64,000 nucleotides of DNA from Octopus vulgaris (GCA_951406725.2 OX597836.1:24800001-24864000); one strand, 5' to 3'. Positions 13,338-29,044 are shown, numbered from the stretch's first letter. The notes: a model not told the origin generated them from the sequence alone. Program-made: numbers and translations.

Positions 13338-13399
13338 TGTGTATGTGTGTGCATGTGCGTCTGTGTGTGTGCGTATACATACATATATATATACATAAA

Positions 13400-13451
<52 letters not shown>

Positions 13452-13596
13452 GTATGCATGCATGTATGTATGTACGTACGTATGTATGTATGTATGTATG
13501 TATGTATGTATGTATGTATGTATACATAAATAGGTGAGCAGCACATAAGTGCAAAAAAAGTGGAAAGAATAGTACTCGAACACCAAAGGTAAGGTA

Positions 13597-13745
13597 ATAT
13601 ACTTTTATTAAAGCTGCAAAATTGTAACAAAAACTGTTACTCAGAGTTTCACGTTCCCGTTCGTCACAGCTGTCCGACGAACGGGAACGTGAAACTCTGA
13701 GTAGCAGCTTTTGTGATAATTTTCCAGCTTTAGCAAAAGTATATA
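13597..13745. repeat. Inverted repeat carrying back-to-back hammerhead-like motifs
   Basis: Plus strand GCTGT-CCGACGA-ACG(ggaa)CGT-GAAA-CTCTGAG-TA-GCAGC (13669-13708), mirrored on the minus strand. A related fragment is at 12062-12125. Confidence 0.75.
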
Positions 13746-13749
13746 TATG

Positions 13750-13810
<61 letters not shown>

Positions 13811-13855
13811 CTCTGTGTGTCTGTGTATGTATGTATGAGTATGTATATGTATGTA

Positions 13856-13908
<53 letters not shown>

Positions 13909-14074
13909 AGATAGGGGGTCTAATCTTAATGCTCTTGTGTAGTGTTTTAATAAAGTATATGATTCGGTATTATCTGATAGTTGATGAATGATTTAGATAT
14001 ATTTCTCCATTTTCTCATTTTGTATATATATATATATATGCATGTATGTATGTATGAGTATGTATATGTATGTA

Positions 14075-14124
<50 letters not shown>

Positions 14125-14258
14125 TGAGAAAAGCTCAAAGAACTGAGGCTCTTTTCCCTAGAGAGAAGACGGGAAAGATATGTAGTTCTATAAATATATA
14201 TTCTTTTATTCTTTTATTTGTGTCAGTCATTTTACTGCGGCTATGCTGGAGCACCGCC

Positions 14259-14336
14259 TAGTAAAGTTCGGAGAGGGATTCCCCTAATAAAGTTGCGAGA
14301 GGGACTCCGTTAGTAAAGTTCCGAGAGGAACTCCAC
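14259..14336. repeat. 26-bp minisatellite, 3 copies
   Basis: TAGTAAAGTTCGGAGAGGGATTCCCC / TAATAAAGTTGCGAGAGGGACTCCGT / TAGTAAAGTTCCGAGAGGAACTCCAC. Confidence 0.85.
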
Positions 14337-14672
14337 TCTCGGCTGTCTAACTTCAGCCTCTTAAGAAGTCATGCGGCTACTCTCCTATTTTTTCCGGAAA
14401 TACCGAAATCACGTAGTCGAAGGCCTTGACAAAGACGCGGTACGCCTCAGCTACATTTAAATGATCGAACTGTTGTTTCAATAACCAGTCAAATGCTGCA
14501 ACGCACGCGCACACACGCACACACACACACGCACACACATATATACACGCACAAACATGCACACACACACACAAACACACACACATACATACACGCACAA
14601 ACACGCACACTCACAAACACACACACATGCATACACATTCATATATAGTAGAGTTTACATGAAGAATTTCTG

Positions 14673-14758
<86 letters not shown>

Positions 14759-14889
14759 GTGTGTGTGTGTGTGCGTGCGTGTGTGCGTGCGTGTGTGCGT
14801 GTGTCTATGTGTGTCTGTGTGTGTCTGTGTGTGTGTGTGCGTGTGTGTGAGTGTGTGAGTGTGCGTGCGTGTGTGTGTGTGTGCGTGCG

Positions 14890-14937
<48 letters not shown>

Positions 14938-15009
14938 ATATAAATTTACCAGAGTAAATACTTAAGATATGTAAAATGTTCAAATATGAAACTTGTGTTA
15001 AATCAAAAG

Positions 15010-15180
15010 TTAGTTGAGCAAAGATTTTATTAGGGAGGAGATTGTATCGGTGGAACTATAAGCGATTTTAACTTTGTGTCTATTAAACAATGCTTCATAA
15101 TTGTGTTCTGTAAAATGTCCATTTACTGAATTTAGAAAGATCTTACCTATATTGGACATAACACTGAAAGAGGAAACGAA
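15010..15180 (-). pseudogene. Penelope-like retroelement ORF remnant (post-RT region)
   Basis: SNIGKIFLNSVNGHF...LFNRHKVKIAYS resembles the PLE motif NIGKxFLxLIDKHF...IFNRNTVKVSYS recalled from known elements. Confidence 0.7.
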
Positions 15181-15184
15181 ATTG

Positions 15185-15470
15185 GTACTCCGTCGGTTAC
15201 GACGACGAGTGTTCCAGTTGATCCTATCAACCGAACAGCTGGCTTGTGAGATTAGCATGCAAGTGGTTGAGCACTCCACAGACATGAAATTCAGTGTGAC
15301 ACAGTTCTCAGGGAAATTCAGCGTGATGCAGAATGTGTCAAGCTGAATGCATTGGAGCAATGTGAAATAAAGTGTCTTGCTCAAGAACGCAACGCACCGC
15401 CAGGTATCGAACTCCAGACCTTAACGATCGTGCGACGAATACCCTAAGCACAAATCCACACACCTTCGTG
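15185..15470 (-). mobile_element. SINE family C-related, diverged
   Basis: Shares ACTCCGTCGGTTACGACGACGAG and the body with 9631-10017. Confidence 0.8.
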
Positions 15471-16600
15471 AATGGGAAGTGGGTACAAACTAAATTACCT
15501 CCCTGTAACTCATTCTTCAGACAGGGTCTCTGTCTGGAGTCATTGGGGATCTTGAAGCATCCTTGTTGTGAAGGGCCCCATCGAAAGTATATTTGTTGAG
15601 TAGCAATATGGAGATTCTTCTCCCAGCCCCTTTCCTGGGGTTTTGTAACTCTAATTGTGACGAGTGGGTCCTACGTAGATGTGAGTTTCCTAAAAGGCTT
15701 CAAGGAACCATTACTAAAGACTACAGTAACGTTCAAGAACGTGCCTAGCAATTTTCGGGACGGAGAATATGAACCTCTTCATAATATCTTTATCTTAACC
15801 TACCTAATGTGTTTCCAATTTTTACGGTTGGAAAAGACCGTGACATCGCCCAATACAGATGAAAATTAGTAGGACATCTTCATCGCAAAGCAGATAAGAT
15901 GAATAATTTAATAAAATAGAAGATGTCTACACTAATGAAAGCTCCCCAGGCTCACATTGTGAGTAGCTTTTGAGTCTGGGTTTTTAACCCAGGATGACCC
16001 CTTATCAAAGAGTAGGGTCTTTCTAGCTAAGAATATAATCCCTATGCCTTTATCACTAATCTGTTCATTGAGAAAGGTGATAAATATTTTGAAATCATAT
16101 TATTCCATGCTAGAAATCCCCTACTCTTTGATACGGGCTCAAAATGGGATCCTATTTACAAATATAAAAGGCTGATGCTTCTTGAAAAAGATTTACAATC
16201 GAACAATTTATAAGATCTTTTATTGATTCAACATAATAAACAACAAAATAACAAGAGTGTGTATGAATAAAATTAATAAAACTGTGGTATGTGATTTTGT
16301 TGTTTATTTAGTGAATGTGAAACAAAGCTATCTCTGGAGAGGTTGCAAGTCTAGCGAAAGTAACTTTCTCAGATATGTCGAGGCCGATTCCTCGAGAATA
16401 GTGTTGATTCTGAAGAAACACAGACTACAGCCTTGAGCACCTGTATCGAACCCGTGATACAGACGTCGATAAAGTCGATAAAGTCTTTTCACAGACATCC
16501 AGTACACACATACACACACACACACATACGCATACACGCACGCACACACACACACATACATACATACATACATACATACATACATACATACATACATACA

Positions 16601-16631
<31 letters not shown>

Positions 16632-19600
16632 GCACACATGCGGACACATATAAACATGTATACATGCATACATACATACGCGCGCACATACATATATACA
16701 CTTACACATACATACAAACATACATACATACGTTTGGATAGATACAGTCAAACAGGCAGTCTGACAAATTGGTTCCGTGAGTTACAAAACGTTTAAAATG
16801 TGTGTTTGAAGATACGGCCATATTATTATGATAACCTAACTCAGACAAGATGCGTAGCCGGATGTATTTTCTTATGAGTAAAAACTTTAAGTCAAAAACT
16901 GAACTTTGTTCAAACAGGATTTTAAAATATTCTTATCAACATGAGGGAAACCTTCTTGCGATAATGGCGGACAATGATAATAACAAACCAATATCGCCGA
17001 CACAAACAATATCACTGAGACTAACAGAACCACTCTTACTAAGCATACTACTCACAGTAACAGTAGTACTAACACACACACACACACACACACCAATAAT
17101 ATCGCTAAAATTGTTAGCTGTGTATTCTCTAAGTGTTCTCACTACTTTGGCTTTAAACTGTAAACGGCCGTTTATTTTCGTGAATTGAAAACCTCCATGA
17201 ATATCCGTCAGTTTTAATGAAGACGATGAAGCATTATTGAAACGATGTTTATCGAAATTTAAACCGTTTCATAACTAAGCAACTGCCATCTCAGTTATAT
17301 TTCATTGCCGAATAATGGCAATGAAAGGACAACTGTTATTCTAACTAAACGGATGTTGTTCAATTTTTTTGAAGACACTTAAAACCAGTTGAAATTTGAC
17401 ATAGAAGAAAACTACGAGTATCTAAACAAACCGCCGACTTTATCTACGCTATCATCACCATCACTCGACTATTGTATGTCATCTGCTTAGCAAACTGATC
17501 CGTCTGGGATAAGTAGAGGAAATATACAGCTGAAAAATATTTTTACACTCACCATCCAGCCCTTGAATTTTTTTTTCTCTCTAAGCTATCATTAACACTC
17601 TTGTTACCATATTTCTGTTGTAAGACACAGCCTTTGTTTTAATTAATTTTGAAAATTATGGAGAATTAAGTAAAATAACTTTGTCATCATTAAACTGGCG
17701 TTTGGAGCATGAATTAACATGGAATTTTGATGGAAGATTTTTTTGATCCCTTTAAAGCAAGACGTTTGTATGGAAGAACCAGGGACAGTGTCAGGCAAGT
17801 TGATATCCTATAAGCCATACTTCTAACGAGCGTGAAAAATAAAACCACTTTTATACAAATGTTATTGACAATATCGTTGGAGACTCTATGAAAATATATA
17901 ACATGTATATAGCTGTTGTGAAACCGGAAGACCACCGAGAGGGTATTTACTGTGTACATAATAATGAAATTATCCAACGAAAGCAGCGCAGATGGATAAC
18001 AAGTCTAGAACATCGACAACTTGAGACCCGGATCAAACATTTTGTTTCCATCTTAAGGTTTAAATAAATTCGTGAGGTCAGAACTCGCATCTTACGTAAA
18101 CAAAATTGTCCAAATTATAAGGAGGCTCTTCACTGTAAACTGTTAAGGGGAGACAAATGTCTCTAAATCACGACGTCAAGACTGAGTGATAGACTTCGTA
18201 ATCGGAAAATGAATCTTATTGCGATCAGCCAGCATTAATCATATTTTTTATTGTAATCCACAAAATGTATGCGAGAAGAAGAGGAAAACAATATTTTTGT
18301 AAAAGGAACCACTTGTCAGGAAGGTCCTAAAACATTTTTTCAGAGATCTGGAATGAAAAGGTTTGCAACCATAATTTGATACAATCAAGAAAGGAGAGTG
18401 AATCGACATTAACAGTAAAATTGCAGAATCAAATTTGAAACTTTACATATTCAACTTTGAAAGTTTTCACTAAAGATGTGAGAAAATCTGTATAATGGAA
18501 CGGCACTTGTAAAATTATGTAAAATTATGATGTGCTGTAATTGGTTCACCATAGTTCGGACAAATATTAACGCCAAGAATGAAAACCCTGACTTGGTAGA
18601 AAGTTATTCCTTCCCAACACTAAAACGTTTATTCAAGCTGTCCAAACTGAATGCTCCAAGACTATTATGAGATCGATAACGTAATATAGATAAACAAGCA
18701 GGTTAACAGAAAGGTATGAGAAGATATACCAATAAACTCAGTTCCGTGTGAAGGAAGATGACTCTCCAGAAACAGTGTGACAGTCTGGTCTCATTTCAGA
18801 GAGGTATTTGTTTCTGTTACCCTCTCGTGAATGAAGTCACAGCACTTGTCGAAAGTATACGCGGCCCTGCTTGCTAGCAACAATCAACAATCCTCACATT
18901 TGTCACTGAAAACAGTTTGACTGTCTTTGATCCGATATTTTAATCTTTTGAGAGGAATATTCCAATGAGACAGTCTATGCTTCTCTTTAGTTTAGCAACT
19001 GATCCTCTGTCACTTCTTTTACAAATCTCCACTGGTTTTATTTTTAGATCAACATAAAGAGACACCGATATGACCCACAATGTTTGCGTTGCCGATTTAG
19101 ATCTTTTCTCGAAATATTCACACTGCACACAAACAACTAGAATTAACAAGAATAATTTCAGTTTATGTAGGAATGGGATTTGGCGAAATAAATCCGGAAA
19201 ATAACTGCTTCCCAAACATACCTCTCCTTTACCTTAGAACGGTTTCCTCAAATACATACAAAGGAAAATGTTTTATATAAGAGATATGAACCGAAACAGA
19301 GTAAGTAAAAATATACTAAATTTTATGGCAGTAAGAGCTTTCCTCTTACAATATCATATTCCGTAACTTATTTGCAATAACTGAACAAGTTATATAACGC
19401 ATTTGCAGTAGCTGAACTTATCAAGATTTGAGATTTTTAACTGATCTATAGAGGAAATCTGTTCCATAGAAGAAAACCACTATTATCACCTTGTAAGGCC
19501 CTGATTCTAAAGAGATGCTTCAAAGAAAGTAACTTCAATATAAAATAGCATTCTGATGCCTGACGATAGGGATTTGACATTCTGCATTACGTAATTAATC

Positions 19601-19949
19601 AAAACCGTGCAACACTTATAAATATCCGAACTATCATTACACATTATATTTTGGACACACTAATTAGCATGTTTGATAATAAATTCACTCAGCCGAAACC
19701 ATTAGAAAAAAGCCAATAGGCTTGTTTTACTCTCAGAAAATTATAACTTTCTCTACGCATTACCAGCATTTTTAACGTTTGTGTTTTTGTGCGAGAAAAA
19801 TAAACGAGCAGACAAAAATCACCACACACACACACACATTCATTAGGGGGAGGGAAAGAGAGAAAGGGAGACAGACAGACAGAAACAGAGAGAAAGAGTG
19901 AAGGAGAGAGAGAAACAGATACAGAAATGCAAATGTTTGGATGTATGTA

Positions 19950-20839
19950 TTGGGTCATCCCATCAATGATGCGTTTTTTTTCTTTCAATTGCATGAACTA
20001 AAAGTCGGAGGGGAACGGGATAAACTACCTGCATCAACTTGTTATAAAAGTAGGTAGTAATTTTGCCTTATTCTTAGTGCAAGTGAAGAGTGCAGTTCGA
20101 TTTAGACAGTTATTTTTTCAAAGCTATAATGGAAGTGACAAAGGAGCATATTCGGCATATTTTGCTTTATGATTTCAAGAAAGGCAACAACGGAAGTGCG
20201 AAAAATATTAATGCAGTGTATGGGAATTGGATAATAAACGCAAACCAGTGTCAACGGTGGTTCCAGAAATTCCGAGCAGGAAGCTACAGCCTAAAAGACG
20301 AGCCTCGTTTTGGGAGATCTGTAAAGGTCGACGAGGGCGTCCTGCAAAATCCCATTGTAACTGTTGAGGAACTAGCAGAGAAGCTTGGATTTGGTCATTC
20401 AACCATTCATCGACACCTACGCTAGAAGAAAAACGATCATCCTTGGTTTCAAGACGAAAAGTGTTCTTCCATCAGGATGATGCTTGGCCACATATAGTGA
20501 GGATGACATTCCAAAGGTGTGAGCAGTTTGAATGGGAAACGATGCAATTCACCGGACATTGCCCCATCTGATTATCATTTATTCTACAGTCTTCAAAATC
20601 ATTTGGACGAAAAAAAATATGAATTCTGTAGAGAAGGTCAGAACAGTACTGGAGGAGTATGTTTTTGTCACGGACAAGTGAATTTTGGAAGAGGAGCCTT
20701 GCAAGTCTACCAGAGAGATGGAATAGCAGTGTAGATAATGAAGGAGAGTATATTTTAGAGTAAAAAAAAAACTTGCTTATCTTAATTTTGAAAAATAAAA
20801 GTAATACAAAAAAACAGCATTATATATGGGGTGACACAA
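19950..20839 (+). mobile_element. Internally deleted mariner transposon with TIRs and TA TSD
   Basis: MEVTKEHIRHILLYDF...QRWFQKFRAG..LKDEPRFGRS, then HQDDAWPH and SPDIAPSDYHLF. Imperfect TIRs TTGGGTCATCCCAT / ATGGGGTGACACAA, flanked by TA. Confidence 0.92.
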
Positions 20840-20853
20840 TATGTGTATATATT

Positions 20854-20900
<47 letters not shown>

Positions 20901-20909
20901 TGATAGATT

Positions 20910-20966
<57 letters not shown>

Positions 20967-20991
20967 ATATACATGTATATGTGTTAGTGTT

Positions 20992-21071
<80 letters not shown>

Positions 21072-21072
21072 A

Positions 21073-21128
<56 letters not shown>

Positions 21129-21646
21129 AGAGTGCACGAAGTATACCTGTTGAACTTATATATTTCTGTGTCAACTGGTGCACATGGATATTGAGTACAG
21201 ATTTTTATTACAGGTATAAAAGTGAATTTGCGCATATATACATATGTACAAATATATGCATATATGTGCACATGTACATATGCGATTGTGTACATGTGTG
21301 TAAAACTGGAGTAGTTTTCTCATCAATTCATCGCTGCGGGGCATCGGCTGCTCTATACCTTCAGGCCATTCGGGGATTAGAACTTCTGAGGATGATTGAC
21401 TAAAGTCATTCTTAAACCGAGCATAAATGTCTGTGTGATGTGCGTATGTATGTGAGTAGACGGCGTAGCTCTGCACCTATGTGTTTGTGTGACGTATGCA
21501 CGTACGTATGCAAAAGCACCGGAGGGCATCAGCTGTAACAATAGCTCCAGGCTTGTCGAAAATCTTGATTGATTGATTGAAGTCAATTCCGAAACTGGAC
21601 ACTTATCTATGTATGTACGTTTATATGTATATATAAATATGTATAT

Positions 21647-21705
<59 letters not shown>

Positions 21706-21715
21706 TATATATATG

Positions 21716-21774
<59 letters not shown>

Positions 21775-22020
21775 TAAATTAGAGATAAAACCACTATTAG
21801 GCAAATCAAACAGTGAAAAACATAAACAAAAACATAGAAATAAAATTAATTAACATAATATACAAAATATATAAAATATAAAATTCAAAATTTATTTATT
21901 TAATTATTTAAATTTAAAGTTAAAAATTTAAAATTATTAATTTATATTTATAAATGTTTATATATGTATATATATATCTATATCTATATATATATGCTTG
22001 TATATATGTATGTATATATG

Positions 22021-22097
<77 letters not shown>

Positions 22098-22804
22098 ATA
22101 CATACATATATACATATTTACAAACAGTTATGCGTATATGTATATATGTACGTATATATTTATATGTGCATGTATATCTGCGTGTGTGTATGTGTGTGTT
22201 TAATTAAGTAATTAATGATTGACTAGTTTACAGATACTTGAAATAGGAGCAATAGTAGCGGTGGATCTTCGTCGCTTGACAATGAGTATTCAATCATCAA
22301 CTGAGCTACCCGCTCCCAAATTTACGTGTAAGTGTTTGAGTATTCCGTAGGCATCTGTACCTTTAACATAACTCTCAAACAGAATCGGTTTTGTATGTTA
22401 TCTAGACTGCACCATCTTTGATTTTTGCTTGTTTGTTTGTTTGTTTTTAATTTTTAGGTGAAATCCACCCAGCAAGCTTCCATATAGTTTCCTCCTGCCC
22501 AATTTCAACCACATGGCGAATGTCATTTTGACGCGACGCCATGCAGTCGGATCGAACCTGGGACGGCATTGTTACGAATCCTACTTCTTAACCATTCATC
22601 CATTCACCACCTATGCACTTAAAGTAATTTACTAGTAAAACTTTAACGAATTTACTGGTGGATCGTTAATTGCTTATCTTTAAAAATAGACTCAAAGAAA
22701 TGTACTGAGTGCGTCTTTTTCGTTAAATGCACACATGACAAACATATTCGTGTATGCGTGTTAGGTATATGTATATATATATGTGTGTGTGTGTATATAT
22801 ATAT

Positions 22805-22911
<107 letters not shown>

Positions 22912-22928
22912 TAGATATATATAGATAT

Positions 22929-23017
<89 letters not shown>

Positions 23018-23466
23018 TAAATAGATAGATAAATTATATATGTGTATACGTATGTATATACAAATTCATATATATATATATATATATTACAAGAATAACT
23101 CGGGGACACCGTTAGCCATTTGGTGGTGGGGGGCAAAATTTCCTGAGGCACCAACATAGGATCTAAATTTTGATTTGATACGAATATCAGTTCCAATCAA
23201 AACGATCTCCTCTGTGGATTCTAAACGATTTGAAGCTATTAATTTAAAACATCAAATTTGTTGCCATTAATTAAATATATCTAATTCAAACAAGAAAAAC
23301 CAATTCCTTTTCTAAAGGACTACATTCTAAACTACAAAAGCCGTGAGGAGGTATTTACTAAATCTGACAAAAACGAGATTAATAAATCAACCTACCACCG
23401 TTTCCTCACTAACTTTATCACGGGTGTATCTAAAAATGATAACAGCATCATCATCATCAGCAGCAG

Positions 23467-23515
<49 letters not shown>

Positions 23516-23596
23516 AATAATAATAATAATAATAATAACAACAACAACAATAATAATAATAATAATAAGAGCAACAACAACAACAACAACAACAAC

Positions 23597-23724
<128 letters not shown>

Positions 23725-23730
23725 TAATAG

Positions 23731-24278
23731 ATGCAGTACCAGGCAGTGGCTCTCATGGCTTCTGATCTTAACTGATTGGAAGTGTTATCATGTACATTGT
23801 TTTGTCTTGGTATAAAAGATGGGCTACAGCAAATATTCTGCTCAATACCACAGATTTGCTTGTCAGTTGTTTGACTTTAACCAGTTGAGCATGTCCCTTA
23901 GTGGCTGACGATATGTGCATCTCTGATCATGAGCAGAAGTAGTGGGGGAGCATCATAGCCATGTGTTGAGAGGGATTCTTTGGGGTTTGAATAATTCACC
24001 TCTGGAAACATGGGTGGTTCTTTCAACATCCTTAAACAACCCTTATTCAGGGACCTTTTGAGTGGGATGGGCTACTCAACCTGAAGAAAATTCTAATTGG
24101 GCCCCACCTGCAAGGTCATGTGCTGTTTATCTTGATATGAGATCACCATGTCGCGCACATATGGTTGTGATGCATGTGCCTGGTGTACCTTTATCAGACG
24201 GGTAGTCATGATGGGTATATTGGGCTTCGTATATTTTACCCCAGTGTCACTTTGATGGCATGAACTGCTCTCTCACTC
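23731..24278. mobile_element. 548-bp non-coding repeat (family D) embedded in (TAA)n
   Basis: A second copy at 53015-53562 has the same length and ends, with about 10 substitutions by eye. Confidence 0.85.
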
Positions 24279-24554
24279 AATAATAATAATAGTAACTGCA
24301 GCATCTTGAACAATACTAACACGAAAGCCTAAACATTTCTGTAGTAATGAATATTAATAATCGATCCGAATGTCTCCGTTAGTTTACTTTTAGAAATCAA
24401 GGAAGCTTCAAACATAACATCTTACCAGATTCGCTAAAACTTATGCTGGAATTTTATCAGCGACTTTACTATTATTAAACCCATAACATGAACATTTCTT
24501 ACTACACTGCATACATTTTTGCGCGAATTTTTGCTAATAATAATAATAATAATA

Positions 24555-24612
<58 letters not shown>

Positions 24613-25330
24613 GAATTAAATTCTTCCTCTTCTTCCAGTTCTGACATTCCAAATTGCAACTGTGTGAACACTAATTATTGCCTCTCAGATAGCAATTGTA
24701 AAATCAGAGAACTAGTGTATTGTACTGCTGTAAATACTAACTCCACCTCGGAAACTTGCATTAGCATAACAGCTCTCAATGCGATTCTTTAAGCTGAGCT
24801 AACCGGCAGGGGACTAAGAACAAGATGGCGGGAAATATCCATAGTCTCATTTGGTCATGCTTTGGAAACCAGCTGGAAAGTGTATTGATGATTATTTCTG
24901 ATAGGGCCCTATAGAAGAGGTGCTTGAGGATTCAACTCCTACGACCCTCCGAGGAGTAATGGACGGAGATGGATGGATGGATGGATGGATATGTGCTACT
25001 CATCTTCCTCTTTTAAATTTTTTTCTGTCCCTTAAAAAATAAGCAATCATATCCAATAAAAAAAACTTAGAGCTATAACCAACTAATAATACCTTTATTT
25101 CACTCCTCAAAATTTACTAATTTCAATTGGTAATTAGCCCCGTCACATTCTTCAAAGTGTTATTATTCCTAGACGACCGTAAATTATAGGGAGAAGTAAT
25201 TTAAAGTTACCTTCAGGGCAGCTGTGCCACTTGGCTCAGGCCGATATTTTTAAGAGGGGTCTTTTAGAGTTGCTTTCCATGGGTTGTAACGTTCAAACGT
25301 TTAGGGATTTGGGAAATTTCACTCCACTAA

Positions 25331-25744
25331 TACTCTTTTTTTTTTACTCTTTTTACTTGTTTCAGTCATTTGACTGTGGCCATGCTGGAGCACCACCTTT
25401 AGTCGAGCAAATCAATCCCAGGACTTATTCTTTGTAAGCCTAGTACTTATTCTATCGGACTCTTTTGCCGAACCGCTAAGTGACGGGGACGTAAACACAC
25501 CAGCATCGGTTGTCAAGCGATGTTGTGGGGACAAACACAGACACACGAACACATACACATATATATATATATACATATATACGACAGGCTTCTTTCAGTT
25601 TCCGTCTACTAAATCCACTCACAAGGCTTTGGTCGGCCCGAGGCTATAGTAGAAGACACTTGCCCAAGGTGCCACGTAGTAGGACTGAACCCTGAACCAT
25701 GTGGTTGGTAAGCAAGCTACTTACCACACAGGCACTCCTACGCC
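25331..25744 (-). mobile_element. SINE family A
   Basis: Reverse-complement full-length copy. Confidence 0.9.
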
Positions 25745-27742
25745 TAGTGGTAACAATTCTTCAATATAATTGCTGATAATGTTTGGTTTGGTCCAATCAA
25801 CGATGTTCCACTTTCACAACCTAAAGATCAGTCATTCTTTTTTATGCAATATAGCTGCCCAAATTAAATATTACAGCTGCAAACATATGTCACACAGTTA
25901 CCATCCTATCAGTTGAAGTGTGGCTGTCAAAATTCACCGACATGTCAGCTTAGGGGATTCCGCCTCGCTAAAGAACATTAATACTCAACAACCACAGAAT
26001 TGCATAGAAAAGAATTCTACGGATCTAAGAGCAAATAGTTTCAAGGTTCACAATGAAAATTCTTTCTGTGCCAATTTATTTGGAAATTTAGGGATCTCGA
26101 ACTGATAAGACCCCACCATCAGTAACATGTAACATGGATGATAGGATCAAAGCACAAATACAAATAAGATACATTTTTGATTTGTTGAAATTATCTCCGC
26201 TTACAGAGACGGCAGAGCAATTGCTGGGTGGGGGGGGCGGTTTGGGAGAAACTCCAAATGAGAAGGGAAGATAACCTCAAGAATCAAGGAATCTTCGAAA
26301 GTAACATGCCATTAAGGAAAAGACAGTCTGATTATCTGGTGACAAGGAAAAGGTAGACTTAGTAATTACCACCAATTTCAAATGAGAAAGGGGAGATAAT
26401 CTCAATTACGAAGAATTCCACAAAATTGACAAACCATAAACAAATCTCGGAATAATTCTTGAGTAAAAATGTCGAGTAGAATGAAAAACTGAAAGTCAAA
26501 AAAACCTATTTAAAATGTTCCTCATATCCAAACTTACCGAAACTTACTATCCTGTGACGCAGTACCACATACTTGTGGGCCTTCACTCTCGACAGCTTCG
26601 GTAAAGTCATTCAAATCTCCGAACTAAACTGTCCTCCCAAGAGCGCCGTCCCTCTCTTTCCTTTGAATCAGAAGTAACCAGCTAGACCATTCTGCCCTAC
26701 CCACATCCACTTTCATCAACCACCATGAAACCCGACCGTCGGTTTTTGTCTCGCTTATCTTGGACAGTGCCACTGCACACATATGTGCAACGGCTACATG
26801 CACAAACACCTCTGGCAGAGCCCAGAACATGGCCAACCAATTGAATGGCAAACTCAAAGAGCATTAATCCATCTCTTTTTCTCTTCAACCACTTCTGTTC
26901 TTCTTCACCTCCACCTTTCCTTAGACCACTCCAACACACCTGCCAGTTCTTCTCATTGTGATTTACCCCTCTTGCCATAACCCTAACCTACACACACCAC
27001 TTAATCTTTCATTGAACTGTATCACCCCACAATTATCTCTCCACCCACAATTTACCTCTAGGTGTCGACCTATAAAAGTTCAAACTCCACATCGACCTCA
27101 TCGACCAACCCTGATGGCAAAGGTCAATGGCATTAAAACTCCTTCTTCTCAGACTAATTAAATAAAGAATAAAATAGCAAACAGAATAATCCCTTTCCAG
27201 TTAATTACAACTCTATTATGATATATTAGTTAACTGATTAACGAGTTGTACAAACAACACACGCCTCTGAGTCTGTGTTTGTGTACGTGTGTGTGCGTGT
27301 ATGCGTGTGCGTGTGTGCGTGCGTGTCTACCTGTATTAGTATGTCTGTGTGTCGGACGCCCAGTGGTGGAGAGGTTGGTGTAATACAACAATGGCGTGTC
27401 GTCCATGTTAGTTCATAGACGGAGTGGTTTCGGTCCTTGGTGGGTTTCACTTCCTGATATTTTTTGTTCCCAGTCTTTGAGATAAAGGAAAATATATGTA
27501 TATAAGGGAGAAAATAGATATGGCGGGGCCCACCATCAGTATGGTGATGCCCCAGGATTGCGGAAGACTAGTACAGTGATACCGCAACCTGGTGGTCCCC
27601 TAGTAAGGCGATTACCTAGTGTGATTGTACCCCAACAAGGCGATGGCCCAGCATGGTGATAGCCCAGTATATCGATGTTCCGGTATGACAATGATCCAGA
27701 ATGACAGAACCCAAGCATGATTATATATATATATATATATAT

Positions 27743-27788
<46 letters not shown>

Positions 27789-27789
27789 T

Positions 27790-27875
<86 letters not shown>

Positions 27876-27877
<2 letters not shown>

Positions 27878-28210
27878 TGTTTCTTTATTAGCCACACAGG
27901 GCTGCACACAGACAGAACAAATTACAAGGTAGAGCTTTTCTTTTGGGGGTAAAAAAAGGGGGTTGGTTTTCGATCAAAAGGGATCGTAAAAGGAAAGAAA
28001 GAGGACAAAAAAAGGGGAGGATTTAAAAAAAGGGGGGAGAGGGAAAAAAAGAAAAGGGAAGAGGAAAAAAAGTTGATCAATAGGGATCGTAATCACAGAA
28101 ATGTCAATATGAAGTGTAAAGGGGAGGACAGGTGAGGTTTACCCGTGGAAGGAAAAGCCTACGGAAAAGACCACGGTAACCTCGGTCAATGAAGTCACAT
28201 GTTATATTTC
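27876..28210 (-). mobile_element. Probable LINE (Tx1/L1-like) 3' UTR fragment in (GATA)n
   Basis: Pyrimidine-rich minus strand ending GCCCTGTGTGGCTAATAAAGAAAC. The clade assignment is inference. Confidence 0.5.
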
Positions 28211-28239
28211 TTTTTTTTTTTTTTTTTTTGCAAATAAGC

Positions 28240-28324
<85 letters not shown>

Positions 28325-28500
28325 TGATTGATTGCAAATAAGCAACTCTCTGTATTAATTTTTACGGTTCATAGAATCATAGTCAAGGTGGCTTCGGCAT
28401 TCATACGTGCCATCCTTGCTACATTCACCCATCTTTTTTAAAACATTCACTAGACAAAACTTGCCTCTTTACTCTCACTTTCCTCTTCAAGTGATACTTG

Positions 28501-28648
<148 letters not shown>

Positions 28649-29044
28649 CAGACAGATAGAAGTACAAGCATATAGCCTTACACACACATAGCCTTACATG
28701 ACCTTTTGCTCATCACCAGAAAATCACTGATGGCGATGTTGCCTGAAACTTTCACAGTGACAGTGGCATAGATAACAATTAGCTTTCATTTTGAAGGTTA
28801 TACTTTAGAAATCCAAAAACAGGAAATAGTATCCGTGATTGGCAAAAGAATTAGGGATGCTGGTAAAACAGCGAGATGCAACGACAAATGCAGCCTCCAT
28901 CAAATTGATGCTGAGGAGATCACCACATCATGAGTAACTGTCTAAACACGCCATCATGAAATTATTTATCTATGAGCTGTGATGTCGTGGCCAAAACATT
29001 ATACGTTTCGATTGGTGGAAAAGACAGATAGTCCTAAGGATAAA

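Noticed and set aside
14259-14336. CRISPR-like array
   Set aside because: There are no spacers, only head-to-tail 26-bp units in eukaryotic DNA.
24821-24832. YY1-like promoter motif CAAGATGGCGG
   Set aside because: A single short motif with no associated exon evidence.
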